NCBI GenBank assembly: GCA_016712345.1
Contig: JADJRH010000002.1
Coordinates: 200,466 to 264,465 of the forward strand
DNA: 64,000 nucleotides
DNA from: Polyangiaceae bacterium
Lineage (GTDB): Bacteria > Myxococcota_A > Polyangia > Polyangiales > Polyangiaceae
Reading direction: 5' to 3'
The position numbers were made by a program, and so were the translations under genes. Under the pieces are notes generated by a model. That model did not search any database, was not told the DNA's origin, and was given only the letters and a program-made list of their open reading frames with translations. Positions 7,962 to 18,047 of this stretch are shown piece after piece (position 1 is the first letter of the stretch; the number at the start of each line of letters is the position of its first letter).

Positions 7962-8669
7962 TTAATTGGAAGTGGCGGCGGTTTCAGAAGGAGGAGGCGA
8001 GGATGGGGAGGTGGAAGGTGTATTCAAAGCGTCATTGGAGATTTCCCAAACGAGTTGAGTGTTGCCCTGCGCTCCGGCGAAGCGAATACCAAACCACTTG
8101 GCTTTTGTGGAAATGGTGGGGCGACCCTCGGCTGTGACGCGGGGAAAACGAATGCGAAACGCCTGTCGAAACACGTTATTGTAGGGGAAATAAGTGCGTT
8201 CAATGGCGTTTGGTTTTTTAATGAGTTGAATTTCTTCAGGCGCTGTTTCGTTGCCTGTGTCGTCGATGAGCCGAACGATCCATGCGCTGTCGGGGCGGGT
8301 CAGATCGTTGTAGCGGCGCTCGCCGCCGTAGATGGCCACGAAAAACTGGTGGCGGCGTTTGGTTTCATCGAGCGCTTTTTCAAGGAGTTTTTTGCGCTCA
8401 TCAATGGTGAGGCGGTAGTCCTGAACGTAGCGGACTGTGTACGCCCAGCGAAAATCCCACGATTCAAACGTGGCTGTCGCTGTGAGGAAGTTGTCGAGTT
8501 CGCTCAGCGAAAACAGGCGTTCGGTGCGGGTCCAATGGCGAAGCACCGATTCATAATCGGTGGCGACATATTCACGCGGGCCTTCTGCGAGCGATACCAA
8601 CTGCGGTGCGCAACCGCACGCAGCAAATGCTGACACGGCGACGGTAAGCGCGGTGGAGAGGCGAAACAC
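7962..8669 (-). CDS. hypothetical lipoprotein
   Basis: GTG start. The N-terminus FRLSTALTVAVSAFAACGC has a lipobox. The C-terminal tail is Pro/Ser-rich. Confidence 0.55.
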   Translation of the reverse strand: MFRLSTALTVAVSAFAACGCAPQLVSLAEGPREYVATDYESVLRHWTRTERLFSLSELDNFLTATATFESWDFRWAYTVRYVQDYRLTIDERKKLLEKALDETKRRHQFFVAIYGGERRYNDLTRPDSAWIVRLIDDTGNETAPEEIQLIKKPNAIERTYFPYNNVFRQAFRIRFPRVTAEGRPTISTKAKWFGIRFAGAQGNTQLVWEISNDALNTPSTSPSSPPPSETAATSN

Positions 8670-8681
8670 GGCCCGACCTTA

Positions 8682-9431
8682 TCACGTGTCGTGGCCGGCT
8701 CGTTCAGCGAGTCGCACGTCGGTTTCAAGCCCGGTGAGGGCGGCTGTGTAACCGTCGCGTGCCGCTGTGCGCATTTCCATGAGAAGAGCGATTCGATGCA
8801 GGCGCGTTTCGGCGAGATCCGCCCGCGCCATCGCGTCGCGAACCACTTGAACTTGGCCTTGCCTGAGTTTGGTGGCGAGCGATCCAACGGCGATTGCCGC
8901 GATGAGGAGCACAACGAGCCCGATTCCGAGGAGGAGCGCAACGGCAAGTCCGCTGCCTTCACCTGCGAAAAGCGCTCGAAACGCGGCGATTGCGGCGAGC
9001 ACAACTCCGCCGATGAGGAGCAAAAGTGAACTGATGACACCGAGTCTTTCAGTCCACGCGGCGCGCGCGAGTTGGCGCATGGCGACGTTGCGCCAAAAGT
9101 CGGCTTCGCTGTCGAGGCGTTTGGCGAGCGATGCGAGAGCGTCGTCGGTGGACAGCTCCGGCAAGTCGGCTTGGTGAAGCAACTCAGCGGGGATGCGCGC
9201 TTCATCTCCGGCATCGGCGCTGAGCGCATCACCCACTTTTCCAAGGCCCGAACGAACGCGATTGCCAACGGCGGTCGCCACCGGCTTCACACCGGCGGCG
9301 GCCTTTTCTCCAAGTTCGGCGGCCGTGGAGCGCGCGCCTTGGAGCGCTTTTTTGGCATTGTGTACACTTGATTTTTCGTCGTCCGAGTCGGCGATTGGTG
9401 ACTTGCCCCAAGTGCTTTGTTTTTCGCTCAT
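8682..9431 (-). CDS. hypothetical membrane protein (two central TM helices)
   Basis: ATG at 9431, 3 nt after the dehydrogenase stop. Hydrophobic segments are GVISSLLLLIGGVVLAAIAAF and LAVALLLGIGLVVLLIAAIAV. Confidence 0.55.
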   Translation of the reverse strand: MSEKQSTWGKSPIADSDDEKSSVHNAKKALQGARSTAAELGEKAAAGVKPVATAVGNRVRSGLGKVGDALSADAGDEARIPAELLHQADLPELSTDDALASLAKRLDSEADFWRNVAMRQLARAAWTERLGVISSLLLLIGGVVLAAIAAFRALFAGEGSGLAVALLLGIGLVVLLIAAIAVGSLATKLRQGQVQVVRDAMARADLAETRLHRIALLMEMRTAARDGYTAALTGLETDVRLAERAGHDT

Positions 9432-9434
9432 GGA

Positions 9435-10514
9435 TTAACGCGACGAAGAGACGATTTTGGATCCTGGGGCACCTGCGCGGGCAAGCTTTTCTTCAACCAT
9501 GAGATCGGCCACGCGATACGTGGGAGTGAGTGTACTCATGCTTCGCTCGGCGATCTCGTGGATTGTGTCGTAGATCTTGAGGGTGCGGTCGCGCGAGATC
9601 GTGGCGTTGTACCCAACCACTTCTTGAGCAACGTTGATGAGGCCGCCCGCGTTGATGGCGTAATCGGGCGCGTACAAAATGCCTCGTTGATTGAGGTCGT
9701 CGCCGTGGCGAGGCTCGTGGAGCTGATTGTTGGCCGCGCCGGCCACGATTTTGGCTTTGATGCGCGGTACAGTTTCATCGTTGATGGCCGAGCCGAGCGC
9801 GCATGGGGCGAGCACGTCACATTCAATTTCAAAGATGTGGTCGAGCGGCACGATGTCGGCGCCAAACTCGCGCTGCGCGCGTTCGCTCTTGAGCGGATCC
9901 ACATCGGCCACGCTGAGCTTTGCGCCGCACGCCGCCAGCTCTTTGCAGAGGTGGTAACCCACGTGTCCAACGCCCTGAACCGCCACGTGCAGGCCTTCGA
10001 GTGAAGAGCGACCGAGTTTGAGTTGGGCGCACGCTTCAATTCCCCTTCGAACGCCGAGCGCTGTGAACGATGAGGGATCGCCCGAACCTCCATTTTTCAC
10101 ATCGACACCGGTCACGTGTTTTGTTTCGTGACGAATCAGCTCCATGTCTTCAAGGCCGGTGCCCGAGTCTTCGGCCGTGATGTACCGACCCCCAAGCGCA
10201 TCTACAAATCGCCCGAAAGCAAGGAAAAGAGCGGCCCTGTCAAACACCGGAGCGGCGGGTCGCAAGAGTACACTTTTGCCACCGCCGTGAGGTACACCTG
10301 CGAGCGCGGCCTTGTAAGTCATGCCGCGCGCGAGACGCAGCGCGTCAACCAATGCCTCCTCTTCTCGGGCGTATGCGAGGAAGCGACAACCTCCAAGCGA
10401 AGGGCCCAATCGAGTGTCGTGAATGGCAACAATGGCGCGCATTCCGCTCGCTGGATCTCGGCGAAAATGCACTTCGCCGTAATCGTAGGAGGCGAGGTGT
10501 GAAAAGACGTCCAT
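9435..10514 (-). CDS. Glu/Leu/Phe/Val dehydrogenase family (leucine/phenylalanine dehydrogenase-like)
   Basis: From the ATG at 10514: MDVFSHLASYDYGEVHFRRDPASGMRAIVAIHDTRLGPSLGGCRFL..GMTYKAALAGVPHGGGKSVLL and the Rossmann motif VAVQGVGHVGYHL. The track ORF extends upstream to 10667. Confidence 0.85.
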   Translation of the reverse strand: MDVFSHLASYDYGEVHFRRDPASGMRAIVAIHDTRLGPSLGGCRFLAYAREEEALVDALRLARGMTYKAALAGVPHGGGKSVLLRPAAPVFDRAALFLAFGRFVDALGGRYITAEDSGTGLEDMELIRHETKHVTGVDVKNGGSGDPSSFTALGVRRGIEACAQLKLGRSSLEGLHVAVQGVGHVGYHLCKELAACGAKLSVADVDPLKSERAQREFGADIVPLDHIFEIECDVLAPCALGSAINDETVPRIKAKIVAGAANNQLHEPRHGDDLNQRGILYAPDYAINAGGLINVAQEVVGYNATISRDRTLKIYDTIHEIAERSMSTLTPTYRVADLMVEEKLARAGAPGSKIVSSSR

Positions 10515-10728
10515 GGGTTTCCCTGTGCGTTGTGTGAGAGCGACTTGTTTGCGTGCCTCGTTACCACAGTGCGTCGTTTGGTGCGGTGGTTTGAGTGCGC
10601 AAAAAGTCTTTTTTTCAGGGCTCCGCGCGTCGGCGGAAGAGCAGCCGGTGATATAAGTGAACGTCATCGATCAACGCGTGGGCACTCCGCGCGGTGAGCA
10701 AAAAACTTAGAAGAAGGGTTCATCGGCG

Positions 10729-12582
10729 ATGCGGACCAAAATCATTCCGAGCGCACTGTTCCTGACCGCTCTCGCAGCGGTCGGATGCGGTGACGGCGGG
10801 GAGAGTTCCACGGGAGGAACCACCTCCACGACCCCGTCCAAACCACCCACCGTTGTCGATATTGTTGTCGACGCCAATCGCGATGGGAAACTCGATCCGG
10901 CCGATCCCGCCGATCAAGACAAAGAAAACGAATGGAGCGTCGACAGCGGCGCGTCGTTTTTGGCAAACCTCGATGACGACGACGCGGACAAGTTTCGCGA
11001 CGTAGACGACCAGATCATCAACGGGCCGGATGATGAACTCGACCTGGCGAAGATGCAGCTCGTCGCGTGGCCCGACGCTCCCGACGGTGCGCTTGGTGTA
11101 CTCCATATCGATCCGATGAGCGCCCAGAACATTCGCCTCTGGAAAAAGGGGCTCGACGGCGCTTGGTGGCTCGTCGGTGGCAACGTCGGTCCCTGCAACG
11201 AAGTGGATCCGGCGTGCACGGTGACACCCGACGTAACGTTTCCAATCGAAGAAGTGCGCGCGGGGCTCACGCTCGGGATCGAAGCGCGTTTCTTCCGTCG
11301 CTCACTTGCGCCTGAGGCGTGGACGGGCATTGTGCAGCTCGGCTATCAGGTAAACGACAAAGACGGTGCGCCGATCACCGACGACAACATTCCCGATGGG
11401 CTTGATCAGGCCAAAATTCGCGTTGCCCCGTGGATGTTGTTTGGCAACCTTTCTCCTTTTGATCGCGTTTGGTCCAACAACGTAATGCCGGCATTTGTGT
11501 CGGGTCTTTCAACGCTGTCGACGGAAGCGGGCGTTACCTACAAGAAGATCACCAACTGGCAGGATCACTGGACTCAAGACTATTTCCAAACGGGGTACAC
11601 AACGATCCCGGTTGAAAACGGCGCCGTTCAAGGCATGCGCATCGCCAACGCAAGGCCGTGGGGTCGCTGCGACTCGCCTTCGTGTTGGCCGATCAACTGG
11701 CTCAAAAAAGGGTATTTGTCGCCCGGAAACGGTGTGATCGAGATCTACAACAAGCCCAATACGGGTTCGACGTACGACTCGCATGGCAACCACGATCTGC
11801 TGCCTCCGTATGAAAACGGAGAATCAAAATATCCCTTTGGTCGCATCGCAATCGGCTCAGGTGTACTCAAAGAAACCAAAGATTTTTACGCTGCGCAGGA
11901 GGTTCAAGGCCCGCCGATCATCGTGAAAACGTCGTGGCTCTACGTGGGTCACATCGACGAAGTATTCAGTTATGTGCCCGCGAACACGCCGCGCGGGTGG
12001 AAGCTTTTGGTAGGTTCACCCAAGCTCGCAAAGTCCATGCTTGAGGCGGCTCAAGCGGCCGGACACGGCGCGGTGACCATGTTTAAAGGGCAAAAGTGGT
12101 ACACCGAAAATGGCAGTCTCATAGACGCCGAAGTTTCAATTGACGAGGTGCTCGCCAATCAAGATCTGCTTGCTGCGTCGCAAGAAGCGCAAGGCGAGAT
12201 CGACGACATGATTGCCCAACTAAAAGAAGAGGTGGGTCTGGCGGACGACGAGATCGTCGAAATGCCGTATCTGCTCCAAGACCTCTTTGGGCAGAAGGTC
12301 GCCTTTAACCCGGGCACGGCCAACATGCTTGTTGTGGCCGACCACTTGGGCATTCCCAAACCGTGGGGCCCCGTTATCGACGGTGCCGACATTTTCGAAA
12401 CCGATCTTGAAGAGCGCCTTGGAGCACCGGGCCAAAACCTCGGATCCGACGGCAACGGTCTTATCGTTCACTTCATCGACGACTGGGAGTGGTACCACGC
12501 GCTCGACGGTGAGGTGCATTGCGGCTCCAACGTGGATAGCGTGCCGCCCGCGGATCAAACTTGGTGGAAGGTGTTGAAATGA
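10729..12582 (+). CDS. eukaryote-type protein-arginine deiminase (PAD, PF03068-like) with lipoprotein signal
   Basis: MRTKIIPSALFLTALAAVGCGD carries a lipobox. Matches to PAD active-site blocks are WTQDYFQTGY, ..SWLYVGHIDEVFSYVPANTPRGWKLLVGSPK.., and the C-terminal ..DDWEWYHALDGEVHCGSN with the catalytic Cys. Confidence 0.88.
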   Translation: MRTKIIPSALFLTALAAVGCGDGGESSTGGTTSTTPSKPPTVVDIVVDANRDGKLDPADPADQDKENEWSVDSGASFLANLDDDDADKFRDVDDQIINGPDDELDLAKMQLVAWPDAPDGALGVLHIDPMSAQNIRLWKKGLDGAWWLVGGNVGPCNEVDPACTVTPDVTFPIEEVRAGLTLGIEARFFRRSLAPEAWTGIVQLGYQVNDKDGAPITDDNIPDGLDQAKIRVAPWMLFGNLSPFDRVWSNNVMPAFVSGLSTLSTEAGVTYKKITNWQDHWTQDYFQTGYTTIPVENGAVQGMRIANARPWGRCDSPSCWPINWLKKGYLSPGNGVIEIYNKPNTGSTYDSHGNHDLLPPYENGESKYPFGRIAIGSGVLKETKDFYAAQEVQGPPIIVKTSWLYVGHIDEVFSYVPANTPRGWKLLVGSPKLAKSMLEAAQAAGHGAVTMFKGQKWYTENGSLIDAEVSIDEVLANQDLLAASQEAQGEIDDMIAQLKEEVGLADDEIVEMPYLLQDLFGQKVAFNPGTANMLVVADHLGIPKPWGPVIDGADIFETDLEERLGAPGQNLGSDGNGLIVHFIDDWEWYHALDGEVHCGSNVDSVPPADQTWWKVLK

Positions 12583-13511
12583 GCCGCAACAAAACGTCAC
12601 TTTGGGGTCTTGTGTTGGGAGCCGCCGTGGTTGCCCTTTCGGGTAGCGCGCGCGCCGACGGCATTGCACTCAGTGCGGCTGAACTTCCTTCACAAGTAAA
12701 GCAATCGCTCGCCAAAGATGTGGCGGCGTACAAAGCCGCGCACGCGGCCGATTTTAAGCCTGTGCGCGACGTGCAGGGCATTAAGCCCGATGTGTACAAA
12801 GCCTATCGAAACCCGCAGCCCGTTGCGGTGCTCGAGCTGAAACGCCTCGGTGCGGGCGCGCTCTTGCCCATGCTTGACGTGCTTGCTCTCGACGCCCCCG
12901 CGCTGACGTTGAGCGACAAAGAAAAAACAGCGTACATCGTCGGCCTGCTTGAAGCTTCGAGCGCGCTTCGCGATGCCCGCAGTGGGCCTGTGTACACAGC
13001 GATCTTTGAGGCGAAAAACAAGCCGAATGATGTGCTGCGTGCCGCGGCGGAGGCTCTCGGGCGCGTGTGCGGCGATGCCGAACTTGGCACCCTCAAGAAA
13101 CACACCGCCGCAGGTGATGCGTTGCGTACACATGCTATTCGCGGTCTGTCGCAGTGCCGTCGCAAAGAAGGTGTGGAGCACCTCGCAACACTTCTCGGCG
13201 CCGCATCCGATGCCGCTTCGGCTGAGCCCATCGCCGACGCTCTCGGGCTCGCGTCGTCGAGCTGGGCGTGGAAAGCCATGGGAGCCAAAAGCGCGGCGGC
13301 AGCCAAAGACGTTCAGCAAATTGCCGCGAAGGCGCTCATCACTTCGTTCGTGAAGCACAAAGACGCGCGCCCGGCGGCTCGAAAAGCCCTCAAGTTGGTT
13401 GAGTCTCCCGATGCGGTCACGCTCATCGCGGCGGCTCGAACAAGCGCCGACGCAGTCACACAGAGCGCGCTTGACGAACTCGCCAAAGCCGTCACCCCCG
13501 CTACCAAGTAG
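12579..13511 (+). CDS. secreted alpha-helical (HEAT/ARM-like) repeat protein, translationally coupled to PAD
   Basis: The ATG at 12579 overlaps the PAD TGA in an ATGA. Signal peptide MSRNKTSLWGLVLGAAVVALSGSARA. The body is Ala/Leu-rich helical repeats. Confidence 0.55.
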   Translation: MSRNKTSLWGLVLGAAVVALSGSARADGIALSAAELPSQVKQSLAKDVAAYKAAHAADFKPVRDVQGIKPDVYKAYRNPQPVAVLELKRLGAGALLPMLDVLALDAPALTLSDKEKTAYIVGLLEASSALRDARSGPVYTAIFEAKNKPNDVLRAAAEALGRVCGDAELGTLKKHTAAGDALRTHAIRGLSQCRRKEGVEHLATLLGAASDAASAEPIADALGLASSSWAWKAMGAKSAAAAKDVQQIAAKALITSFVKHKDARPAARKALKLVESPDAVTLIAAARTSADAVTQSALDELAKAVTPATK

Positions 13512-13525
13512 ATAACGGCCAATAG

Positions 13526-13552
13526 GCACAGCGCGTATTCTTTGCGCTGTGC
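13526..13552 (+). terminator. hairpin downstream of 12579-13511 (possible terminator)
   Basis: gcacagcgc-gtattcttt-gcgctgtgc, a 9-bp stem 15 nt after the stop. No clear U-tract. Confidence 0.3.
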
Positions 13553-13828
13553 TCAGCCCCAATCCTGATCAGTTAAGACAAGAAAGCCTTCTCTCTGTGA
13601 GGTTTGGCGGCTCCTGCCGCCTGGTAGCTACCTGCCGACGGCCCCGCCGAATTCACGTTTTCGTCGCGGCTGCATTCGCAGGAAACACGTTATGGAGAAG
13701 GCTTTCGCGCCGCGCTTTTCGCTTTCTCGCTCGGCAGCGGGCAAGGGTGTCCGAAACGTCGCGACGACCCTGACTCCGGGCTTCGCTGAAACGTTTCGAC
13801 TGCTTAAGATCCGACCTATGAACCCGGA

Positions 13829-14830
13829 TTAGCGATCTTCGATCGTCATTGCGCTCTTGAGCGCGTCTTTGTTCGGCCGAACATCAAAGTTAAATCCAAT
13901 GTTCATTCTGCCCGCGTAATACGACTCCACGTCGCCGCGCAGCGGTGTTGTCACCGGGAACAAGAAACTCAGCGCCGGCTGAATGCGAGGCAGCATTAAT
14001 CGAATGCTCGGCGACACGGCAAATGCCGCTCGATTGTCGTCGTTGGCGAGTTCCTTTGTCACCTCGTAAACCTCCCACAACTCCACGCCGATACCGAGCC
14101 ACTCACTCAACCGGTAGCCCATGTAAAACGTGAGCCGCGCCGTGAAATTGGTAATTCGAGGATTGCTTCCCGACGGTGTACCCCCCGGGATTTCTTCGGG
14201 ACCGTTAAGGGAGATCGACCAATCAATGCCTTGTCGAAGCTGAAAAATAAGCCCTGAAACAACGTGCCGAATGTCGATCCACGGCCTAAACGTGAGCGTC
14301 AAACTGGAGAAACTCGCCAGATCCCACGGCTTCACCGTGCGCACTGTGCGCAGCACTTCGGTTTCAACAGGAGAAAGTGCGCGCGGCGTGGGGAGCACAA
14401 TGCCAAGCCCGCCGCCCGACGAAAGGCCTCGACTGGAGGACCACAAGCCTCGTCCGCTGATCTCAGGGTTTCCAAGCAAAAAAGCGGTGCCAACGCCGGG
14501 CAGAGCCGCCGCCGCAATATCGTTTGAAAGGCCTATAAACCACTGCCGCGGAACAATCGGATATTCGGCATCGGTGTGCATGAAGTACGCAAACGCATCA
14601 CCGGATCGGTCTTGATCTTTGGGCTGAATCACCGCGGCTGTCAGCTCAAAGTTAAACGTCAGATCGCGGTGAGCGAGCGCTGGCAACGTCGGCGGGGCAG
14701 GCGCATCCAACACACTTTTCAAGTCGTCCCCGGAGCCGTTGAGCGCCGACTGCGCAAGAACAGATTCTGCGCGGAGAACAACCAACAGAAACAAACCGGC
14801 CGAGAAAACCCGGCCCAACGTGGAAGTCAC
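13829..14830 (-). CDS. hypothetical secreted/outer-membrane-like protein
   Basis: The GTG start overlaps the rseP stop in a GTGA. Signal peptide ..FSAGLFLLVVLRAESVLAQS. Alternating beta-like segments. Confidence 0.5.
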   Translation of the reverse strand: MTSTLGRVFSAGLFLLVVLRAESVLAQSALNGSGDDLKSVLDAPAPPTLPALAHRDLTFNFELTAAVIQPKDQDRSGDAFAYFMHTDAEYPIVPRQWFIGLSNDIAAAALPGVGTAFLLGNPEISGRGLWSSSRGLSSGGGLGIVLPTPRALSPVETEVLRTVRTVKPWDLASFSSLTLTFRPWIDIRHVVSGLIFQLRQGIDWSISLNGPEEIPGGTPSGSNPRITNFTARLTFYMGYRLSEWLGIGVELWEVYEVTKELANDDNRAAFAVSPSIRLMLPRIQPALSFLFPVTTPLRGDVESYYAGRMNIGFNFDVRPNKDALKSAMTIEDR

Positions 14831-15951
14831 TTCTTTCCGAGAATGTCGTTGAACACGGTCACATAGCCCATCAACCCGAGCAGCATGATGAGCCCAACAC
14901 CGTGAATGACAGCTTCAATACGGGGGTTGGCGCGACGCCGCGTTGCGGCTTCGTACGTGAGAAAAATGAGCCGACCGCCGTCGAGAGCCGGAAATGGAAT
15001 GAGATTAAACGCTCCCAAATAGGCCGACAAAGCAGCCAAAAACTCGATGAAATCGGCCCAACCACCTTCAGCCGCGGCGGCCGTTTGTTCAACCATCGCT
15101 TTGGGACCGCCAAGCTCTTTTACCGAGCCTTCGTGTACCCATTTTTTCAGATTGATAAACAGCTCGGCAACCACCATTGCCGGTTGCTCAAACGCCTGGA
15201 TCGCAGCCTCTTTCATGGTCATCGGGATGCGCTCTCGAAAGAGCCCAACACCGATTCGACCTTTGCCTTCTTCGTTTGCGGGGGTGACCGTGATGGTGAC
15301 GCGCTCCCCTTTTCGCATCACGTCCACGGAGATTTTTTCTGCGGGGTGTTTCGAGATGTTTTCGGCCATTTTTGACCACGTTGAAACCTCAACACCCGCA
15401 ACGTTCACCACTTGATCGCCGTCTTTGAACCCCGCGAGCATGGCAGGTTTTCCAGGCAGAACACCGATGATCGTTGACTCGCGCTCCACATGGCGCCCGA
15501 CTGCTGCGTACACACCAAAAAACACCAGCGCAGCAAACACGTAGTTGGCAAGCGGCCCCGCAAAGATCGCCGCGATCCGGCCTGTCACGCTCGCGTTTGC
15601 GTAACTGCCTTTGTCCTTTGGATCCACCTCTTCGAGTGGATTCATCCCGGCGATTTGCACGTACGCGAGGAATGGAATGGCCGCGACCTGAAACACTGTC
15701 GGCCCATGTTTTTCGGGCACGTGTTTCCACAGCCGCAGTCTCACTTTGCCCGCCGCCGTTGTGAACCAGTAATGGCCGTCTTCGGGCACAATCTTGAAGA
15801 TCGTTGGGCCGAACCCGATCGAGAACTTGATCACGCGCATGCCGTAGGCGCGGGCGGCGAAGAAGTGGCCGCCTTCGTGCACGATCATGAGCAAGGCGAG
15901 GCCGAGAGCACCGATGAGGTACTTGAACCAAGGGGGCATCGAGCGGAGCAT
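14827..15951 (-). CDS. rseP: RIP (site-2) zinc metalloprotease RseP family
   Basis: MLRSMPPWFKYLIGALGLALLMIVHEGGHFFAARAYGMRV contains HExxH. A PDZ-like middle follows, then ..FNLIPFPALDGGRLIF.. (the LDG motif). Confidence 0.85.
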   Translation of the reverse strand: MLRSMPPWFKYLIGALGLALLMIVHEGGHFFAARAYGMRVIKFSIGFGPTIFKIVPEDGHYWFTTAAGKVRLRLWKHVPEKHGPTVFQVAAIPFLAYVQIAGMNPLEEVDPKDKGSYANASVTGRIAAIFAGPLANYVFAALVFFGVYAAVGRHVERESTIIGVLPGKPAMLAGFKDGDQVVNVAGVEVSTWSKMAENISKHPAEKISVDVMRKGERVTITVTPANEEGKGRIGVGLFRERIPMTMKEAAIQAFEQPAMVVAELFINLKKWVHEGSVKELGGPKAMVEQTAAAAEGGWADFIEFLAALSAYLGAFNLIPFPALDGGRLIFLTYEAATRRRANPRIEAVIHGVGLIMLLGLMGYVTVFNDILGKK

Positions 15952-15983
15952 AGCATCGCCGCCCCGGCGTGGTTGTGTTTGCT

Positions 15984-16637
15984 CTACAGCATGAAACTTA
16001 CGCCGACGGTCACGAACGGAATGCCGAGGCGCATGGTGAGCGTGATCTTGTCGCGGAAGTGGAAGCGCCCACCCACCTCGAACATCGGCTCAACGAAGAT
16101 GGCGTCGTAGCCGCGATCCCCTACGAAAAACCCGTTACTGTGCGGCACAAATCCAACTTCGGCGAACACGCTCCACTTCTTGTGCAAAAAGAAGTTCCAC
16201 TGTGCGCCGATGGGAAACCAAAACGAATATTCGTCGGGATAACAATATCCGCAGTTGGTAATATCGAGCCCAAACGTGATGCCGATGGTGTTGTTGAGCT
16301 TGGGAATCACCGGGTCGACAATTTCAATCGTGGCGCGAAAACCAACGCCCGCGTTGAAGTAGTAGCGATTGAGATCGCGCCCGTATCGAAACGTATTTCC
16401 CCACGGTGACAGTGTCCCGTGCGGTTCCAACTCAACCCGGTAGTCGGGGTGGTCACTTGGATTGCGAATGATCATTTGCGCGGCGGCTTCACTCGCCGAG
16501 AACAACGCAACACCGGCGGCGGCCGACCCAAGCAGTACAGCGACTCGACGTTGGTAGGTTCGCATGAGCAATGTTCCTATCGCGACATCGCGGCGCAAAG
16601 CAACCGCGATGGTTGCCCTGATAGTGCCGGCGCGCAT
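15984..16637 (-). CDS. hypothetical outer-membrane beta-barrel-like protein
   Basis: Signal peptide ..LLGSAAAGVALFSASEAAAQ. Aromatic-rich alternating strands with a C-terminal ..GVSFML. Confidence 0.5.
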   Translation of the reverse strand: MRAGTIRATIAVALRRDVAIGTLLMRTYQRRVAVLLGSAAAGVALFSASEAAAQMIIRNPSDHPDYRVELEPHGTLSPWGNTFRYGRDLNRYYFNAGVGFRATIEIVDPVIPKLNNTIGITFGLDITNCGYCYPDEYSFWFPIGAQWNFFLHKKWSVFAEVGFVPHSNGFFVGDRGYDAIFVEPMFEVGGRFHFRDKITLTMRLGIPFVTVGVSFML

Positions 16638-16793
16638 GATTGAAAGGTCGCGAATTTGGGAGGCTTAGTTATTTGCGCACGAAAAGCGCGCGACATGCAC
16701 AGTGCTTGAACCGGGCGGCGCTACGTCTGCCCACGCAACCGCAATGTGTACACCATCTGCGAGGCGACAACGGCGGGACTTGGCTCTGTGATC

Positions 16794-17993
16794 TTATTCA
16801 ACGCGGGCACACCCATCTTGCTCAAATGCCAAAATCCGCGCCCGACCAACTATCCCGCCCTGAACTTGCCGAAAACGTTGCTCATACACCCGTTCATACA
16901 GCTTGGCTTGGCCGTCGCCTTTGAGCGGGATTGCCTTGGGAATGATCCCCGCGATTCGAAACGGGCATACCCACGTTTTTGGATTTTCTGTATTGGAAAA
17001 AACAATGCGGGCCAAAAACCCTATTTCAGTGGCCAAGTGCTCTCGATGTGTACGCATTAGAAAATTACCAATGCTATAAAAAATGGGCTTGCCTTTGTAC
17101 ACTTCAATCCCCTGCGAAAGATGGGGGTGGTGCCCAATCACCGCATCGGCCCCGGCGTCAATCGCCGCGTGGTGTAGGTCAATCGCGCGCTGAAGAGGCA
17201 CGCTCACATATTCTTCCCCTCCATGGTAACTTACCACCACGGGGGCTCCGTTGCCGGCTGTTTTAGCTGCCTTTACTGCCGAGCTGACTGCCTCTTTACC
17301 GGCCTCCGCCACGTAATCTTTGGCTGCGTGAACCTTGAGTGCGCCTTGGTTCCATATATCTGTAAACGCCAAAATGCCCAGCTTAAACCCGTTTACTTCT
17401 ACCCATGCGGGCGAATAAGCCTGCTCCCGATTTCTACCCGCTCCGGCATATTTCACCCCCGCCCGCTCCAGATTTTCAAGCGTTTCTAAAAAGGCCCGCT
17501 GCCCATAATCCCACATGTGATTGTTCGCGAGCGACACCACACCCACCTTGCCAAGTTGCAGCGCCCTCGCTCCACCGGGCGGACCTGTAAACACCAGCTT
17601 TTGGGTAGGTGATTGAGTTTCCCCTTTTTGGTCAGACAATTGACTTTCTAAATTGACAAATCTCACGTCCGCCGTGGCCAGGAGTTCTGCCACCGACTCA
17701 AACGGGTTAAAGTCGGGATTTTTTAAAATCTCCTGCCCAATCGATCTACCCATGCAAACGTCGCCGCCGAAAATAACAGAAGCCGAGGAGGCGGCCGGCG
17801 GTGCAAGGTTGCTTTCAGCGGTTGAGGAAGCCGTGGGTACAACCGCAGCGCTCGTTTCTCCACGTTGGCCATGGGTAGACAAGGCGCTCGACGACAACGT
17901 CTCAGACGTTTCATCCGTGGCAGATGAGCCCGAAGAACACCCCAGAACAAGGGCCACACCGACGGTCCAAATTCTCCAACCGGTGAAACGCAT
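16794..17993 (-). CDS. CapA family (PGA_cap metallophosphatase-like) lipoprotein
   Basis: Lipobox VALVLGCSSG. CapA-type blocks are VIFGGDVCMGR, VNLESQLS, LANNHMWDYG, VVSYHGGEEY and GADAVIGHHPH. Confidence 0.75.
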   Translation of the reverse strand: MRFTGWRIWTVGVALVLGCSSGSSATDETSETLSSSALSTHGQRGETSAAVVPTASSTAESNLAPPAASSASVIFGGDVCMGRSIGQEILKNPDFNPFESVAELLATADVRFVNLESQLSDQKGETQSPTQKLVFTGPPGGARALQLGKVGVVSLANNHMWDYGQRAFLETLENLERAGVKYAGAGRNREQAYSPAWVEVNGFKLGILAFTDIWNQGALKVHAAKDYVAEAGKEAVSSAVKAAKTAGNGAPVVVSYHGGEEYVSVPLQRAIDLHHAAIDAGADAVIGHHPHLSQGIEVYKGKPIFYSIGNFLMRTHREHLATEIGFLARIVFSNTENPKTWVCPFRIAGIIPKAIPLKGDGQAKLYERVYEQRFRQVQGGIVGRARILAFEQDGCARVE

Positions 17994-18047
17994 ACCCCAA
18001 CTCTACCACGAAATCCGTTCTGCGCCCTACGGCGTTTAACCCCGCCG

